A DNA stretch of 62,881 bases from Nostoc linckia z4 (GCF_002608075.1 NZ_LAHA01000035.1:14453-77333); one strand, 5' to 3'; positions 10,175 to 21,861 are shown, counted from the first letter of the stretch. Translations and numbers: made by a program. Notes: generated from the letters alone by a model not told the origin.

Positions 10175-10428
10175 AACAACCGTTCTCGATGCTCATCTCC
10201 TTCCCGTCGAGTCCGCGAAACCCATTCTTGAGCATCTTCACCTAATAATGGATAGGGAGCCATACCCTTCAAATCGCTCCACTTGCGTTTTGGTTGCGCC
10301 TGAGTGATATGTTTCTTTACACGCTCCAGCAAATGCCCCATCACTGTCAATTGCTCCTCTGGAGTCAGTTGTTCAATCTCGCTTAAAACTTTTTCAAGTG
10401 ATGGACTCATCAACCTAACCCTTATCAA
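10171..10428 (-). CDS. vapB: VapB-like antitoxin (start probably at the internal Met MSPSLEK)
   Basis: Small ORF directly upstream of the PIN toxin with a 4-nt overlap. Coupled arrangement typical of vapBC. Confidence 0.45.
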   Translation of the reverse strand: MIRVRLMSPSLEKVLSEIEQLTPEEQLTVMGHLLERVKKHITQAQPKRKWSDLKGMAPYPLLGEDAQEWVSRTRREGDEHRERLL

Positions 10429-10793
10429 CAGAATTAAATTGTAGCGTCTTTACTCTTCTGCTCTGGCGTAACTTTTAGATAACGTTGCAACCTTCCCTCT
10501 TCGCTCGGATCGCTACCTATGGGGTTTTCTCAGCAAAATAGATAAAAATTTCAGTAGGTCGAAAACTTTTATTAGAGGATGTTTGAAACAGTCGAAACCA
10601 GTCAAAAATCATGCTAGTCATCCGATCGTAATACGAATCATGACAAGATAAATGAATGTCTTTGAGGTTTCAGGTAGTCTTTTATAATCCTTTATTTAGA
10701 TTAAAAACTTGGTGAATTTGACGAAATGATGGGGTTTCAGCCGATGATGTTGGAAAGAGCGATCGCTCTATTCGTTTATCCAATACTAGGTAC

Positions 10794-13700
10794 TTGAAAA
10801 TCAGATTTTACAGTAATTCAGTAATGGCTACCTACTTTGAGGGTGTGATGTCTAAAGTAAGTATGGGTGAAAACTGGTTTTTAAAGCTAGGGATGGTTGC
10901 GGTTAATGTCAGACATTTAGATTGGTTACTTACATTAGGAATGGCGATCGCATTTCACCCAAATATCGCCATTGCACAAATCACCCCAGATACAACATTA
11001 CCCAATAATAGCAATGTAAATACACTAAATAACATTACAAATATCACTGGTGGCACACAAGCAGGAACTAATCTGTTTCACAGTTTCAGCGAATTTTCTG
11101 TTCTCAAAGATACTACAGCTTACTTTAATAATCCTCCAGATATTCAAAATATTATTAGTCGAGTTACAGGTGGTTCGCAATCAAAAATAGACGGAATTTT
11201 GCGGACGAACGCTACAGCGAATTTATTTTTAATTAATCCAAACGGCATTATTTTTGGAGAAAATGCCCGCTTAGATATTGGTGGTTCATTTATTGCTAGC
11301 ACAGCAAGTAGCATCAAATTTGCTAATGGTTTTGAGTTCAGTGCTACGACTCCTGAATCTACACCTTTACTAACGATAAATACACCCATTGGCTTGCAAT
11401 ATGGAGTTAATCCAGCCACTATTGAGGTCAAAGGCGACGGTCAAGGTGTAAGGCTCACAGATGAATTGATTGATACAACAAATGCACTGCGAGTACCAGC
11501 CAATCAAACTTTAGCCTTGGTGGGTGGCGATATTTCCTTAGAGGGAGCAACGCTAAAGACAGCAGGGGGAAGAATAGAGTTAGGCAGTGTAGGGGATAAC
11601 AGTTTAGTTAGTCTCACACCGATAACTAAAGGTTTTGCCTTGAGCTACGATGGAGTGCAAAACTTTGGCAATATTCAACTATCAAAACTTTCAGCGGTAG
11701 ATGCCAGTGGCGCAGGTAGCGGTGACATCCAAATCCAGGGTCAGCGGGTTACCATAGCCGATGGTTCCCAGATAGAAGCAAGTACTCTGTTAGAAGAAAA
11801 AGGTGGGAATTTAGTAGTCAATGCTACTAATTCAGTAGAATTAATTGGTACATCTGCTGATGGTTACTTTTCCAGTGGCTTGCTTGCTTCTGCTTACTCA
11901 ACCGGGGATGCCGGAGACTTGACAATTAATACTCAAAATTTGCTTGTGCTAGATGGGGCGCAAGTAAGTACAGCCACATTTGGTACGGCTAAGGGCGCTT
12001 CTTTAACTGTCAATGCTCAAGATGTGCAACTGATTGGTACTACTGCCGATGGTCTTTTTCCCAGTGGCTTGTTTGTTTCTACTCAATCAACAGGAGATGG
12101 CGGAGACTTGACAATTAATACCCAAAATTTGCTGGCGATCGATGGGGCACAGGTAGCTGTATATACATCTGGTGCAGGTAAGGCGGGTTCTTTAACTGTC
12201 AATGCTAAAGATGTGCAAATGATTGGTACTGTCAATAGTCAGTTTCCCAGTGGCTTGTTCAATTATGCTTACTCAACCGGGGATGCCGGAGACTTGAGGA
12301 TTAATACCCAAAATTTGCTTGTGCGCGATGGAGCTAATGTTGCTACGCAGACATATAGTGCAGGTAAGACGGGTTCTATAACTGTCAATGCTGAAGATAT
12401 ACAACTAATTGGTAGGAGTCCAAATGGTGACTTTGCCAGTGACTTATCTGTTAACGCTGGTTTAGGGTCAACTGGGGATGCTGGAAATTTGACGATTAAT
12501 ACCCAACGTTTGCTCGTGCGGGATGGGGCATACGTTGATGCCAGCATATACGGTACAGGTAAGGGTGGTTCTTTAACTATCACTGCTAATGATATACAAC
12601 TGATTGGTACTTCTACTGATGGTCGCTTTAGGAGTGGCTTGTTTACTCAAGCTTATTCAGGAATAACTGGGGATGCCGGAAACTTGACAATTAATACCCA
12701 ACGTTTGCTTGTGCTAGATGGCGCACAAATAGATGCAGAGACATATGGTGCAGGTAAGGGGGGTTTTTTAACTATCACTGCTAAAGATGTACAACTGATT
12801 GGTACTTCTAGTAATGGTTACTTTCCTAGCGGCTTGTTGACTTCTACTCTCTCAACCGGAGATGCAGGAAACTTGAAAATTGATACCCAACAGTTGCTTG
12901 TGCGGGATGGGGCACTGATAAATACCAGTACATCGGGTACAGGTAAAGGAGGTTCTTTAACTGTCACTGCTAACGATGTGCAACTGATTGGTGAGTCTAT
13001 TGATGGTTATCTTAAGAGCCGTTTATTTACTACTGCTGCCGTTGGAACAACTGGCAATGCAGGAGATTTGACAATTAATACTCAATATTTGCTGGTACGG
13101 GATGGTGCATTTGTTGATGCCAGTACACAAGGTACAGGTAAAGGAGGTTCTTTAACTGTCAATGCTCAAGATGTGCAACTGATTGGTGTCTCTAGTGATG
13201 GGCGTTCTGGCAGTGGTTTGAATACATCTGCTCAGTCAGGGTCAACTGGCGATGCTGGAGACTTGACAATTAATACTCAACAGTTGCTCGTGGGCGATGG
13301 GGCACAGGTGGGTGCAACCACATCGGGCGTAGGCAAGGGAGGTTCTTTAACTGTCAATGCCAAAGATGTGCAATTGATTGGTACTACTGCTGATAGTCGC
13401 TTTCCCAGTGGCTTGTTTACTACTGCTTACACAGGAGCAACTGGGGATGCAAAATTTTTGACAATTAATACCCAACAATTGCTTGTACGTGATGGGGCAA
13501 AAATCAGCGCCGGAACACAGAGTGCAGGTAAAGGGGGTTCTTTAACTGTCAATGCTCAAGATGTGCAATTGATTGGTACGTCTGCTGATGGTAGTTCTAG
13601 TAGTGGCTTGTTTGCTTCTACTGAATCAACTGGGGATGCAGGAGATTTAAAGATTAGTAGCGATAAATTACTCGTTCAAGATGGGGCGATAATCACTGTC

Positions 13701-14528
13701 AGAAGCTCAGGTAAAGGAATTGCAGGGAATTTAAATATTGATGCTGACTTTATCCGTTTGAACAACAAGGCTTCTGTTGATGCTAATACCCAGGCTGTCA
13801 ACACTGACCCGACTCAAGAACAAGCTACTATTACTTTGCGCTCTCAAAATTTACTATTGCTTCGTAATAGTAAAATCACCACTAATGCTTCTGGAGAAAA
13901 TGTCATCGGTGGCAATATCAATATTAATACTGATTTTTTAGTTGCATCTGACAATAGTGATATCAGTGCTAATTCTGCTGACTTTCGAGGTGGTCAGGTG
14001 ATAATCAATGCCAAAGGAGTATTTGGTACTCAATTTCGTGATGCACTCACCCCAAATAGCGATATCACTGCTACAGGAGCTAATCAGCAGTTGAATGGTA
14101 CAGTGCAACTCAATACACCACAACAAGATCCCACAAATGGTTTAGAGGAATTGCCATTAGAAGTAGTGGATGCCTCACAATTAATTAACCAAAACTTCTG
14201 TGCCAAAAGAGGTAATAGTAGCTTCACCATCGTTGGACGTGGTGGTTTACCTTCTTCCCCCAACACTGTGCTTAACAATAATACAGTTTGGGAAGATTGG
14301 CGAGTCACTGCTGTGCCAACACAAGCAGCAGAGTACACCAGTAAAAGAGATATTGAGAAAACTTCAGCACTCAGTACAGAGATTGTAGAAGCTCAGGGGT
14401 GGGTTGTGAATGCTAAAGGTGAAGTGATACTGACAGCTGCTGCACCGACTCCAAGACCCCACAGCTTGAGGAATTTACTTCAAGGGGCGACAAGCGAGTT
14501 AAAGTGCTTGCTGTATAAGCAGCATTGA
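10794..14528 (+). CDS. Large exoprotein with a filamentous-hemagglutinin N-terminal (TPS) secretion domain and ~60-aa tandem repeats (TpsA-like)
   Basis: N-terminal TPS-domain signature (NLFHSFSEFSV...ANLFLINPNGIIFGENARLDIGGSFIAST). About ten repeats of GDAGDLTINTQ.LLV.DGA...GKGGSLTVNA.DVQLIGT. The start codon is uncertain; several in-frame Met/TTG candidates. Confidence 0.7.
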   Translation: MKIRFYSNSVMATYFEGVMSKVSMGENWFLKLGMVAVNVRHLDWLLTLGMAIAFHPNIAIAQITPDTTLPNNSNVNTLNNITNITGGTQAGTNLFHSFSEFSVLKDTTAYFNNPPDIQNIISRVTGGSQSKIDGILRTNATANLFLINPNGIIFGENARLDIGGSFIASTASSIKFANGFEFSATTPESTPLLTINTPIGLQYGVNPATIEVKGDGQGVRLTDELIDTTNALRVPANQTLALVGGDISLEGATLKTAGGRIELGSVGDNSLVSLTPITKGFALSYDGVQNFGNIQLSKLSAVDASGAGSGDIQIQGQRVTIADGSQIEASTLLEEKGGNLVVNATNSVELIGTSADGYFSSGLLASAYSTGDAGDLTINTQNLLVLDGAQVSTATFGTAKGASLTVNAQDVQLIGTTADGLFPSGLFVSTQSTGDGGDLTINTQNLLAIDGAQVAVYTSGAGKAGSLTVNAKDVQMIGTVNSQFPSGLFNYAYSTGDAGDLRINTQNLLVRDGANVATQTYSAGKTGSITVNAEDIQLIGRSPNGDFASDLSVNAGLGSTGDAGNLTINTQRLLVRDGAYVDASIYGTGKGGSLTITANDIQLIGTSTDGRFRSGLFTQAYSGITGDAGNLTINTQRLLVLDGAQIDAETYGAGKGGFLTITAKDVQLIGTSSNGYFPSGLLTSTLSTGDAGNLKIDTQQLLVRDGALINTSTSGTGKGGSLTVTANDVQLIGESIDGYLKSRLFTTAAVGTTGNAGDLTINTQYLLVRDGAFVDASTQGTGKGGSLTVNAQDVQLIGVSSDGRSGSGLNTSAQSGSTGDAGDLTINTQQLLVGDGAQVGATTSGVGKGGSLTVNAKDVQLIGTTADSRFPSGLFTTAYTGATGDAKFLTINTQQLLVRDGAKISAGTQSAGKGGSLTVNAQDVQLIGTSADGSSSSGLFASTESTGDAGDLKISSDKLLVQDGAIITVRSSGKGIAGNLNIDADFIRLNNKASVDANTQAVNTDPTQEQATITLRSQNLLLLRNSKITTNASGENVIGGNININTDFLVASDNSDISANSADFRGGQVIINAKGVFGTQFRDALTPNSDITATGANQQLNGTVQLNTPQQDPTNGLEELPLEVVDASQLINQNFCAKRGNSSFTIVGRGGLPSSPNTVLNNNTVWEDWRVTAVPTQAAEYTSKRDIEKTSALSTEIVEAQGWVVNAKGEVILTAAAPTPRPHSLRNLLQGATSELKCLLYKQH

Positions 14529-14593
14529 TAAGTGATATCAGGTTCGGTTAAAGACCCGTAGTTAGGACTGATATCATGTCCGCATAATTAGTT

Positions 14594-15322
14594 ATGATTC
14601 CCAGGAGCATTTTGAGAATGCAAGTTACAGTTGAACAACTCAAGCAAATACCACTGCTTTCTGGGCTGGAACTACAACAGCTTTTGGCATTACAAGCTCA
14701 TGCGATGGTGAAGCAATATTTCCCAGGAGAAATCATTTTACATGAGGGTGACCCTTTGCCTGGTCAACTTTTTGCCGTTCTAGGTGGCAGAATTGAAATC
14801 AAAAAAATAGCAGCTACGGGCAAAGAAACGATTCTGCGAACACTACCAGCCGGAGAAATATTTGCTGCAACGGCGCTGTTAGAAAATGGCTTTGCACCAG
14901 CAACGGTAGTAGCACAGCAAAACTGCAAAATTCTGATGCTGGAGCGTACTGCTTTACTAGCACTGATTCACCATACTCCAGAAGTGGCTTTGCGGATTAT
15001 TGCAGTTTTGACAGAGCGTCTCCAGCATCTACATCAAACGGTGCATGGATTAGTTTCAGAACGCGCAATTGTGCGTTTAGCGCAATACCTGAAGTTCTCA
15101 GCACTTACAGAAGGAACGGAAGTAACTGAACAGGGAGAATTGTTGCGATCGCGTTTACCATATTATCAAATTGCTCGTAGCATTGGAATTACCTATGAAG
15201 AGTGTGTAAGATTGTTCAAGCAAATCCATTCGAGCGTCCGCTATCATCGAGGCGGAAAAATTTTGGTATTAGACCGAGCGAAGTTAGATGCTCTCGCCCA
15301 AGGTGAATATACAATTATTTAA
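14594..15322 (+). CDS. Crp/Fnr-family transcriptional regulator (cNMP-binding domain plus C-terminal HTH)
   Basis: About 240 aa with a cNMP-binding fold pattern and a C-terminal HTH (YYQIARSIGITYEECVRLFKQ). Confidence 0.65.
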   Translation: MIPRSILRMQVTVEQLKQIPLLSGLELQQLLALQAHAMVKQYFPGEIILHEGDPLPGQLFAVLGGRIEIKKIAATGKETILRTLPAGEIFAATALLENGFAPATVVAQQNCKILMLERTALLALIHHTPEVALRIIAVLTERLQHLHQTVHGLVSERAIVRLAQYLKFSALTEGTEVTEQGELLRSRLPYYQIARSIGITYEECVRLFKQIHSSVRYHRGGKILVLDRAKLDALAQGEYTII

Positions 15323-15409
15323 ATAATTTTTAATTGACTATGTGTGAAAGTAATTCATACTTTCAATCAGCAACGCCTTTATTTTTCATGGTTGACTTAA
15401 TAATTTTAA

Positions 15410-16811
15410 GTTTCAATCCCTAATAGGGATTAAGAAAAATTGTAACTCTGCTTTATGTTGCCTTAACTCGCAGTAAATCAGGTTTCAATCCCTAATAGGG
15501 ATTAAGGAAAATTGTAACGCAGGCATTTATGGGGTTATCACGCCTAAATGATGTTTCAATCCCTAATAGGGATTAAGAAAAATTGTAACCTGTTGTAAAT
15601 ATTCAACGCTATTCTCCTCATAGTTTCAATCCCTAATAGGGATTAAGAAAAATTGTAACCGACTACCCTGTATCTGGAATTTTTATTGACTGGGGTTTCA
15701 ATCCCTAATAGGGATTAAGAAAAATTGTAACTCAGAAGATCCTTTACCACCGATTAATTTGAGTTGGTTTCAATCCCTAATAGGGATTAAGAAAAATTGT
15801 AACTACAACAAGTTTCTGTAAGGTGTCTTGCGTACTCTCGAAGTTTCAATCCCTAATAGGGATTAAGAAAAATTGTAACTCTAACAGTTGGTAGCACTCC
15901 ATACCATCCAGTTTCAATCCCTAATAGGGATTAAGAAAAATTGTAACCAAAGGGAAAGACGCGAGCAATCGCATGGATTCTGTTTCAATCCCTAATAGGG
16001 ATTAAGAAAAATTGTAACATTGGCGATGATTGGGAATATGCCTAGAATTCGTTTCAATCCCTAATAGGGATTAAGAAAAATTGTAACGCAAAGTCTAGCT
16101 GTTCATCTTCTGCAAAGTTTTCGTTTCAATCCCTAATAGGGATTAAGAAAAATTGTAACTTGTTAATCTAGTGGCGTCACGATACTTTTCTCTTGGTTTC
16201 AATCCCTAATAGGGATTAAGAAAAATTGTAACCCGGTCACTGCGGCACTTCCTAAAGTTGCTACACCAGTGTTTCAATCCCTAATAGGGATTAAGAAAAA
16301 TTGTAACTTAAACTACTCTGAGTGTAATAGTCAATATCTAAGTTTCAATCCCTAATAGGGATTAAGAAAAATTGTAACTCCTTGTCGGTTGCTGGGTTTT
16401 CACCTTTTCCTATGTTTCAATCCCTAATAGGGATTAAGAAAAATTGTAACTCTTAGCTGTAGACCCATGCGAGATAGATGAAGAGTTTCAATCCCTAATA
16501 GGGATTAAGAAAAATTGTAACCACCATTTAGCAGAATTTGAATCTCACGAATCACGTTTCAATCCCTAATAGGGATTAAGAAAAATTGTAACAGTTTTAT
16601 TTGGTCTTTTGATAGAGTTATGAACTCAGTTTCAATCCCTAATAGGGATTAAGAAAAATTGTAACAACTTAATTGCTTGTACTACAACTTCTTGAGGTAA
16701 CGTTTCAATCCCTAATAGGGATTAAGAAAAATTGTAACACCAGTCTGAGAAACGTAAGCTTGAGCAACTTCGATGTTTCAATCCCTAATAGGGATTAAGA
16801 AAAATTGTAAC
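15410..16811. CRISPR. CRISPR array: 20 repeats of 37 bp (GTTTCAATCCCTAATAGGGATTAAGAAAAATTGTAAC) and 19 spacers of 31-39 bp; no cas genes in the window
   Basis: Hand-counted repeats start at 15410, 15482, 15553, 15623, 15695, 15767, 15843, 15911, 15982, 16051, 16123, 16196, 16271, 16342, 16414, 16485, 16556, 16629, 16702 and 16775. Repeat 2 carries one substitution (AAGGAAAA), which suggests the low-coordinate end is distal to the leader. The reverse complement of the repeat ends in ATTGAAAC, like cyanobacterial type III / I-D repeat families, so transcription is probably on the minus strand from a leader near 16812-17040. Confidence 0.9.
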
Positions 16812-18303
16812 CGCCAAAGCCTTAGAGCTAATGTGTATTTGGTTTTCAAGGTTCAGTTGCGCGGATGGGTCAATTGTATCACTAGAAAATTTCAATTGAT
16901 TGACACTAAATCGCTGAAATGCTGTCTGGGCATGATGCGCGGGTGATTTTGATTTACTTTTGCCTGAAAGGTTTGTGCTGAGAGGAACACAGAGATTTTT
17001 GTCAAAGGTTGATTTTCTACACCTACCCATCCGCGCATTTGGATAAAAATTTTGTGGCGTTTGCTGGTCTTTTCACTTTTGACTAAGTAAGTCGGTGAAA
17101 TAAAACCAAACTATGCAAAGAAAAGTAAATAAGGCTCAAACTCTTTCTCCCCCTGCTCCCTGCTCCCTGCTCCCAGCAAGAACTGCCTTATCCCAACAAT
17201 AATTATTTACATCGGCCTACTTATAGCCGCCGATCTAACTTTACCTGAGGGTATGCAGTTACATGAAAAGCGATACAAAAGTTTGCAGCGAACAATTCAG
17301 AATATTTATTGCGATCGCCAAGTCATGTTAGATTAAATTTGATTGTTTCGTCAAAACACAAAATTCACAACAAATAACAATCAAAAAACTCCCTCATCTC
17401 CTTCATCCCTCTTATCTCTTCATCCTTGGAATGAAAAAAACGAGCTAAAAGTTAAATTTTTTGAAAAACATGTGCATCAACACACCCATTTTGACGAGGC
17501 TGTATGCCTTACCAGCTAAAAGTTAGAACCCTAATTGCATATCATTGCCAAAGTAAAAGTTAAAAAAATATGAATTGCATTTTTAGCCCAAAAAAAATGA
17601 TATGTTGGATACAGAATTGAATTTCGCACGTATCTGGAGTAGTACGACATATTCTGCTCCAGTTTTTCCCCCAAATTCCTTAGTCTTTGTTGCTTTTGAC
17701 GGGATTTGAGGAGAATTTGAGTACACATTTAAATAACTCAAACTGAGTTTCAAGTGAATTAAAATCCTTGCTGGAAGCGAGTTTTGGCTGAGTACAAAGA
17801 AATCCTGAACCCCCTTCTCTAAACACTAGAACCCCAATCCAAAAATACTAGAACCCCTACCCGAAAAAATTTTTTTTAATTCTTGTAAAGCTCAAAGAAT
17901 TAGAGTTTTTCCTATTTGAGTACAAGCTTAATAAATCCAATAAATTCTATCCTAGATAGACGCGTTCCCTGGGTCAAATACGGCTGATATAAATCTTATA
18001 TCGCCAATTACCTAACGCTCCTACACAAAAAGGCAGCGAAGAGTAAGTGGAGGGATGACATAGCACCATGCCCCAAATGAATAGAAGTCGTGGCTGCAAG
18101 CACAATTCTCCCAAGAACCGAACGTTGACACACACCAGCCCAAAATCACAGCCCAAAATCAAATATCTACCGCCTGCCCTACTTGATAACAAGTCGCCTA
18201 AACCTAAGCGTTTGCAGGCAGTGTACCAGCCACGACTTCAATTTCCGGGCATAGAGAGTAGCCACTGCATCTCCCACAGTGGCAGCCAAGTCCACCGATC
18301 CTT

Positions 18304-19749
18304 TTGCGAAATTCAATGACACCACCGTCTACACGACTCGTCACCTCCCCCGCCACGGACTCGACAACAACCCAAGCAAAATCCGGTGGTTGCGGCTGCG
18401 ATAGCAGTACCACCGTGGAAATGGACGAAAAACTCCAAGAACGCATTGCTCAACATCCCTGCTACAGCGAAGACGCCCATCACCACTACGCCCGGATGCA
18501 CGTTGCAGTTGCTCCTGCCTGTAACATTCAATGCAACTATTGTAACCGCAAATATGATTGTGCCAACGAAAGCCGTCCTGGAGTAGTTAGCGAGTTGCTG
18601 ACACCAGAAGAAGCAGCACACAAAACTCTGGTCATTGCAGGCAAGATTCCCCAAATGACAGTTTTGGGAATTGCTGGCCCTGGCGACCCACTAGCCAACC
18701 CAGAAAAGACTTTCCGCACATTTGAGTTAATTGCACAGCAAGCACCAGATATTAAACTTTGTTTATCTACTAACGGTTTAATGCTCTCGGAATACATCGA
18801 TCGCATTAAACAGTTAAATATAGATCACGTGACGATCACCATCAACATGGTAGATCCAGAAATCGGTGCTAAGATTTACCCCTGGGTTCACTACAAACGC
18901 AAACGTTACAGAGGCATCGAAGGGGCGAAACTGCTGCACGAAAAGCAGATGGAAGGATTGGAAGCCTTAAAAAAAGCTGATATCTTGTGTAAAGTCAACT
19001 CCGTAATGATTCCCGGAATTAACGACAAACACTTGATTGAAGTCAATCGCGTCATTCGTGAAAAAGGTGCATTCCTGCATAACATCATGCCCTTGATTTC
19101 TGCACCAGAACACGGCACACACTTTGGTTTAATCGGTCAACGCGGCCCCACACCCAAAGAACTTAAAGAACTCCAAGACAGCTGCTCCGGTAACATGAAA
19201 ATGATGCGTCACTGTCGCCAGTGCCGTGCCGATGCAGTGGGATTATTGGGAGAAGACCGCAGCCAGGAATTTACCAAAGATAAATTCTTGGAAATGGCCC
19301 CAGAATATAACCTAGAAATGCGCCAAGAAGTTCACGAAGGTATTGAGAAATTTAAACAAGAAATTAAAGCAGCCAAAGAAAAGGCACTAGCTGGCAAAAA
19401 AGTTGCCAACAACCCCAAAATCTTAGTTGCAGTAGCAACCAAAGGTGGCGGTTTAGTTAACCAGCACTTCGGTCACGCCAAAGAATTCCAAATTTACGAA
19501 GTAGATGGTAATGAAGTTCGCTTTATCAGTCATCGCAAAATCGATCAATATTGCCAAGGTGGATACGGCGAAGAAGCTTCCTTTGAGCATATTATGAAAG
19601 CGATCGCAGATTGCAAAGCAGTTTTAGTTTCCAAAATTGGTAACTGCCCCAAAGAAAAATTGCAAGAAGCTGGTATACAGACTGTTGAAGCTTACGACGT
19701 AATTGAGAAGGTTGCTTTAGAGTTTTACGAACAATGGAGTAAGGAATAG
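18304..19749 (+). CDS. nifB: Nitrogenase FeMo-cofactor biosynthesis radical-SAM protein NifB (with a C-terminal NifX-like domain)
   Basis: CxxxCxxC radical-SAM motif ([17 protein letters not shown]). Length 481 aa. First gene of the conserved nifB-fdxN-nifS-nifU order. Confidence 0.9.
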   Translation: MRNSMTPPSTRLVTSPATDSTTTQAKSGGCGCDSSTTVEMDEKLQERIAQHPCYSEDAHHHYARMHVAVAPACNIQCNYCNRKYDCANESRPGVVSELLTPEEAAHKTLVIAGKIPQMTVLGIAGPGDPLANPEKTFRTFELIAQQAPDIKLCLSTNGLMLSEYIDRIKQLNIDHVTITINMVDPEIGAKIYPWVHYKRKRYRGIEGAKLLHEKQMEGLEALKKADILCKVNSVMIPGINDKHLIEVNRVIREKGAFLHNIMPLISAPEHGTHFGLIGQRGPTPKELKELQDSCSGNMKMMRHCRQCRADAVGLLGEDRSQEFTKDKFLEMAPEYNLEMRQEVHEGIEKFKQEIKAAKEKALAGKKVANNPKILVAVATKGGGLVNQHFGHAKEFQIYEVDGNEVRFISHRKIDQYCQGGYGEEASFEHIMKAIADCKAVLVSKIGNCPKEKLQEAGIQTVEAYDVIEKVALEFYEQWSKE

Positions 19750-19810
19750 GGCATGGCGCATGGGTCATGGGGCATAGGGAGATGAGGAAGATGACGGAGT
19801 GTGGAGAGAA

Positions 19811-19850
19811 TAACTCCTAACTCCTAACTCCTAACTCTTAACTCTTAACT
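19811..19850. repeat. STRR-type heptamer tandem repeat (TAACTCC/TAACTCT)n in the nifB-fdxN spacer
   Basis: taactcctaactcctaactcttaactcttaactc read directly. It is flanked by palindromic gggcat / atgccc heptamer arrays that form a long hairpin. Confidence 0.8.
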
Positions 19851-19963
19851 CAGCACTCACCATCCCCAATGCCCAATGCCCACTTGCCCTGAGCGAAGCC
19901 GTTCGCGTAGCGTCTCGCAGAGAAGGGATGCCCAATGCCCCATCTTCAAAAAGGAGAATAATC

Positions 19964-20317
19964 ATGGCTTACAAAATCACTAGCCAATGTATTTCCTGTG
20001 ATTTGTGTCTATCTGTATGTCCTACCGGTGCAATCAAAATAGTTGATGGCGATCGCTGGATAGATCCCGAACTTTGCACCAACTGTGTTGGTAGCATTCA
20101 TACAGTGCCTCAGTGTAAAGCTGGTTGTCCCACCTGCGACGGTTGCGTGAAACAGCCTGCTGATTATTGGGAAGGCTGGTTTGCCAATTACAATCGCGTC
20201 CTTGCAAAATTAACTAATAAAGAAGATTACTGGGAACGTTGGTTTAAGTGCTATTCTCAGAAGTACTCTGAACAATTACAAAAACGTCAACCCCGCACAA
20301 TGGGAGTAGAAGCCTAA
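19964..20317 (+). CDS. fdxN: 2[4Fe-4S] ferredoxin FdxN; contiguous, not interrupted
   Basis: Two Cys clusters (CISCDLCLSVCP, CTNCVG...CKAGCPTCDGC). Strong RBS (aaggaga) before the ATG at 19964. The track ORF at 19928 is an in-frame upstream extension. Confidence 0.85.
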   Translation: MAYKITSQCISCDLCLSVCPTGAIKIVDGDRWIDPELCTNCVGSIHTVPQCKAGCPTCDGCVKQPADYWEGWFANYNRVLAKLTNKEDYWERWFKCYSQKYSEQLQKRQPRTMGVEA

Positions 20318-20486
20318 TAAGATAATTCGTAATTCGTAATGCAAAATTCAACTCAAAAATTACGAATTGTTGAAGCTTAAAAGTTAAAGGGTAACGGGTA
20401 TCAGGTTAGAGAATCAAAAGATTGGTAATTATCCCTCATTCCCTATTCCCCACATTGGTAATTATTCTGATATCAAATTACAAACA

Positions 20487-21695
20487 ATGGAAAAGAACTG
20501 CATCTATCTCGATAATAATGCTACTACCAAGGTAGATCCGCAAGTTGTAGAGGCAATGCTGCCTTACCTGACGGACTTTTACGGCAATCCCTCTAGTATG
20601 CATACTTTTGGCGGACAACTTGCCAAAGGCGTGAAAACAGCCAGAGAACAATTAGCAGCCTTATTGGGAGCCGATGAGTCAGAGATTGTCTACACCAGTT
20701 GCGGAACTGAGGGAGATAACGCCGCCATTCGCGCTGCATTGTTAGCGCAACCAGAAAAGCGACACATCATCACCACCCAAGTAGAACATCCAGCAGTACT
20801 GAATGTCTGCAAACAATTAGAAACCCAAGGTTACAACGTTACCTACCTTTCGGTGAACAATCGAGGGCAGTTGGATCTCAATGAACTAGAAGCTTCCTTG
20901 ACTGGTAACACGGCGTTGGTAACAATTATGTACGCCAACAACGAAACCGGTACGGTTTTCCCCATTGAGCAGATTGGGTTACGAGTAAAAGAGCATGGCG
21001 CTCTCTTCCACGTTGATGCGGTGCAAGCAGTGGGTAAAATTCCCATGAATATGAAGAATAGCACCGTAGATATGTTAACTCTGTCCGGTCACAAGCTACA
21101 CGCACCCAAAGGAATTGGTGCTTTGTATGTGCGACGCGGTGTGAGATTCCGTCCTTTGCTGCTTGGCGGACACCAAGAACGCGGACGCAGGGCGGGAACA
21201 GAGAATGTTCCGGGAATTATTGGCTTGGGTAAAGCTGCGGAACTAGAACTGTTACACTTGGAAGAAGCAACAAAAAGAGAAAGAAGGCTGCGCGATCGCC
21301 TAGAACAAACTTTACTCGCCACCATTCCCGATTGTGTAGTTAATGGTGACCCTACGCAGAGATTACCCAACACCACCAATATCGGCTTCAAGTACATTGA
21401 AGGTGAAGCAATTCTACTGTTATTGAACAAATTCGGTATCTGTGCCTCATCTGGTTCTGCCTGTACCTCTGGTTCGCTCGAACCTTCCCACGTCCTCCGG
21501 GCAATGGGCTTACCCTACACCACCTTGCATGGTTCCATCCGCTTCAGCCTTTCTCGCTACACCACAGAAGCTGAAATCGATAAAGTTATCGAAGTCATGC
21601 CCGGTATTGTAGAACGTCTACGCGCCCTCTCACCCTTCAAAAACGACGACGCAGGTTGGCTGCAAGGACAAGAACAAGCACTAGCGCACCGTTAG
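20487..21695 (+). CDS. nifS: Cysteine desulfurase NifS
   Basis: Class V aminotransferase / cysteine desulfurase pattern (SGHKLHAPKGIGALYV with the PLP-lysine; active-site SSGSACTSG). Position in the nif operon. Confidence 0.9.
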   Translation: MEKNCIYLDNNATTKVDPQVVEAMLPYLTDFYGNPSSMHTFGGQLAKGVKTAREQLAALLGADESEIVYTSCGTEGDNAAIRAALLAQPEKRHIITTQVEHPAVLNVCKQLETQGYNVTYLSVNNRGQLDLNELEASLTGNTALVTIMYANNETGTVFPIEQIGLRVKEHGALFHVDAVQAVGKIPMNMKNSTVDMLTLSGHKLHAPKGIGALYVRRGVRFRPLLLGGHQERGRRAGTENVPGIIGLGKAAELELLHLEEATKRERRLRDRLEQTLLATIPDCVVNGDPTQRLPNTTNIGFKYIEGEAILLLLNKFGICASSGSACTSGSLEPSHVLRAMGLPYTTLHGSIRFSLSRYTTEAEIDKVIEVMPGIVERLRALSPFKNDDAGWLQGQEQALAHR

Positions 21696-21861
21696 GGACT
21701 GGGAAGATGGGGAGATAGGGAGATGGGGAGATGAATTAATAACCAATGCCCCATACCCAATGACGGCAGTTGCTCCACTTGGGGAGACCCCAAGACCGCA
21801 CTGCCTCCCCCATACCAAATCCCTCAATCTAAAATCCAAAATCTAAAATCTAAAATTCACC

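Noticed and set aside
16785-17030. 81-aa minus-strand ORF abutting the last CRISPR repeat
   Set aside because: It begins inside the terminal repeat and spans the putative leader and inverted repeat. It is most likely non-coding.
18068-18654. Several ORFs overlapping the nifB 5' region and upstream on both strands
   Set aside because: They are overlapping or antisense to nifB, or in its promoter region, and have low-complexity translations.
19928-19963. Upstream extension of fdxN (MPNAPSSKRRII) and of nifE (61424..61462)
   Set aside because: The internal Met codons have better RBS context and conserved N-termini. The nifE extension overlaps a conserved upstream motif.
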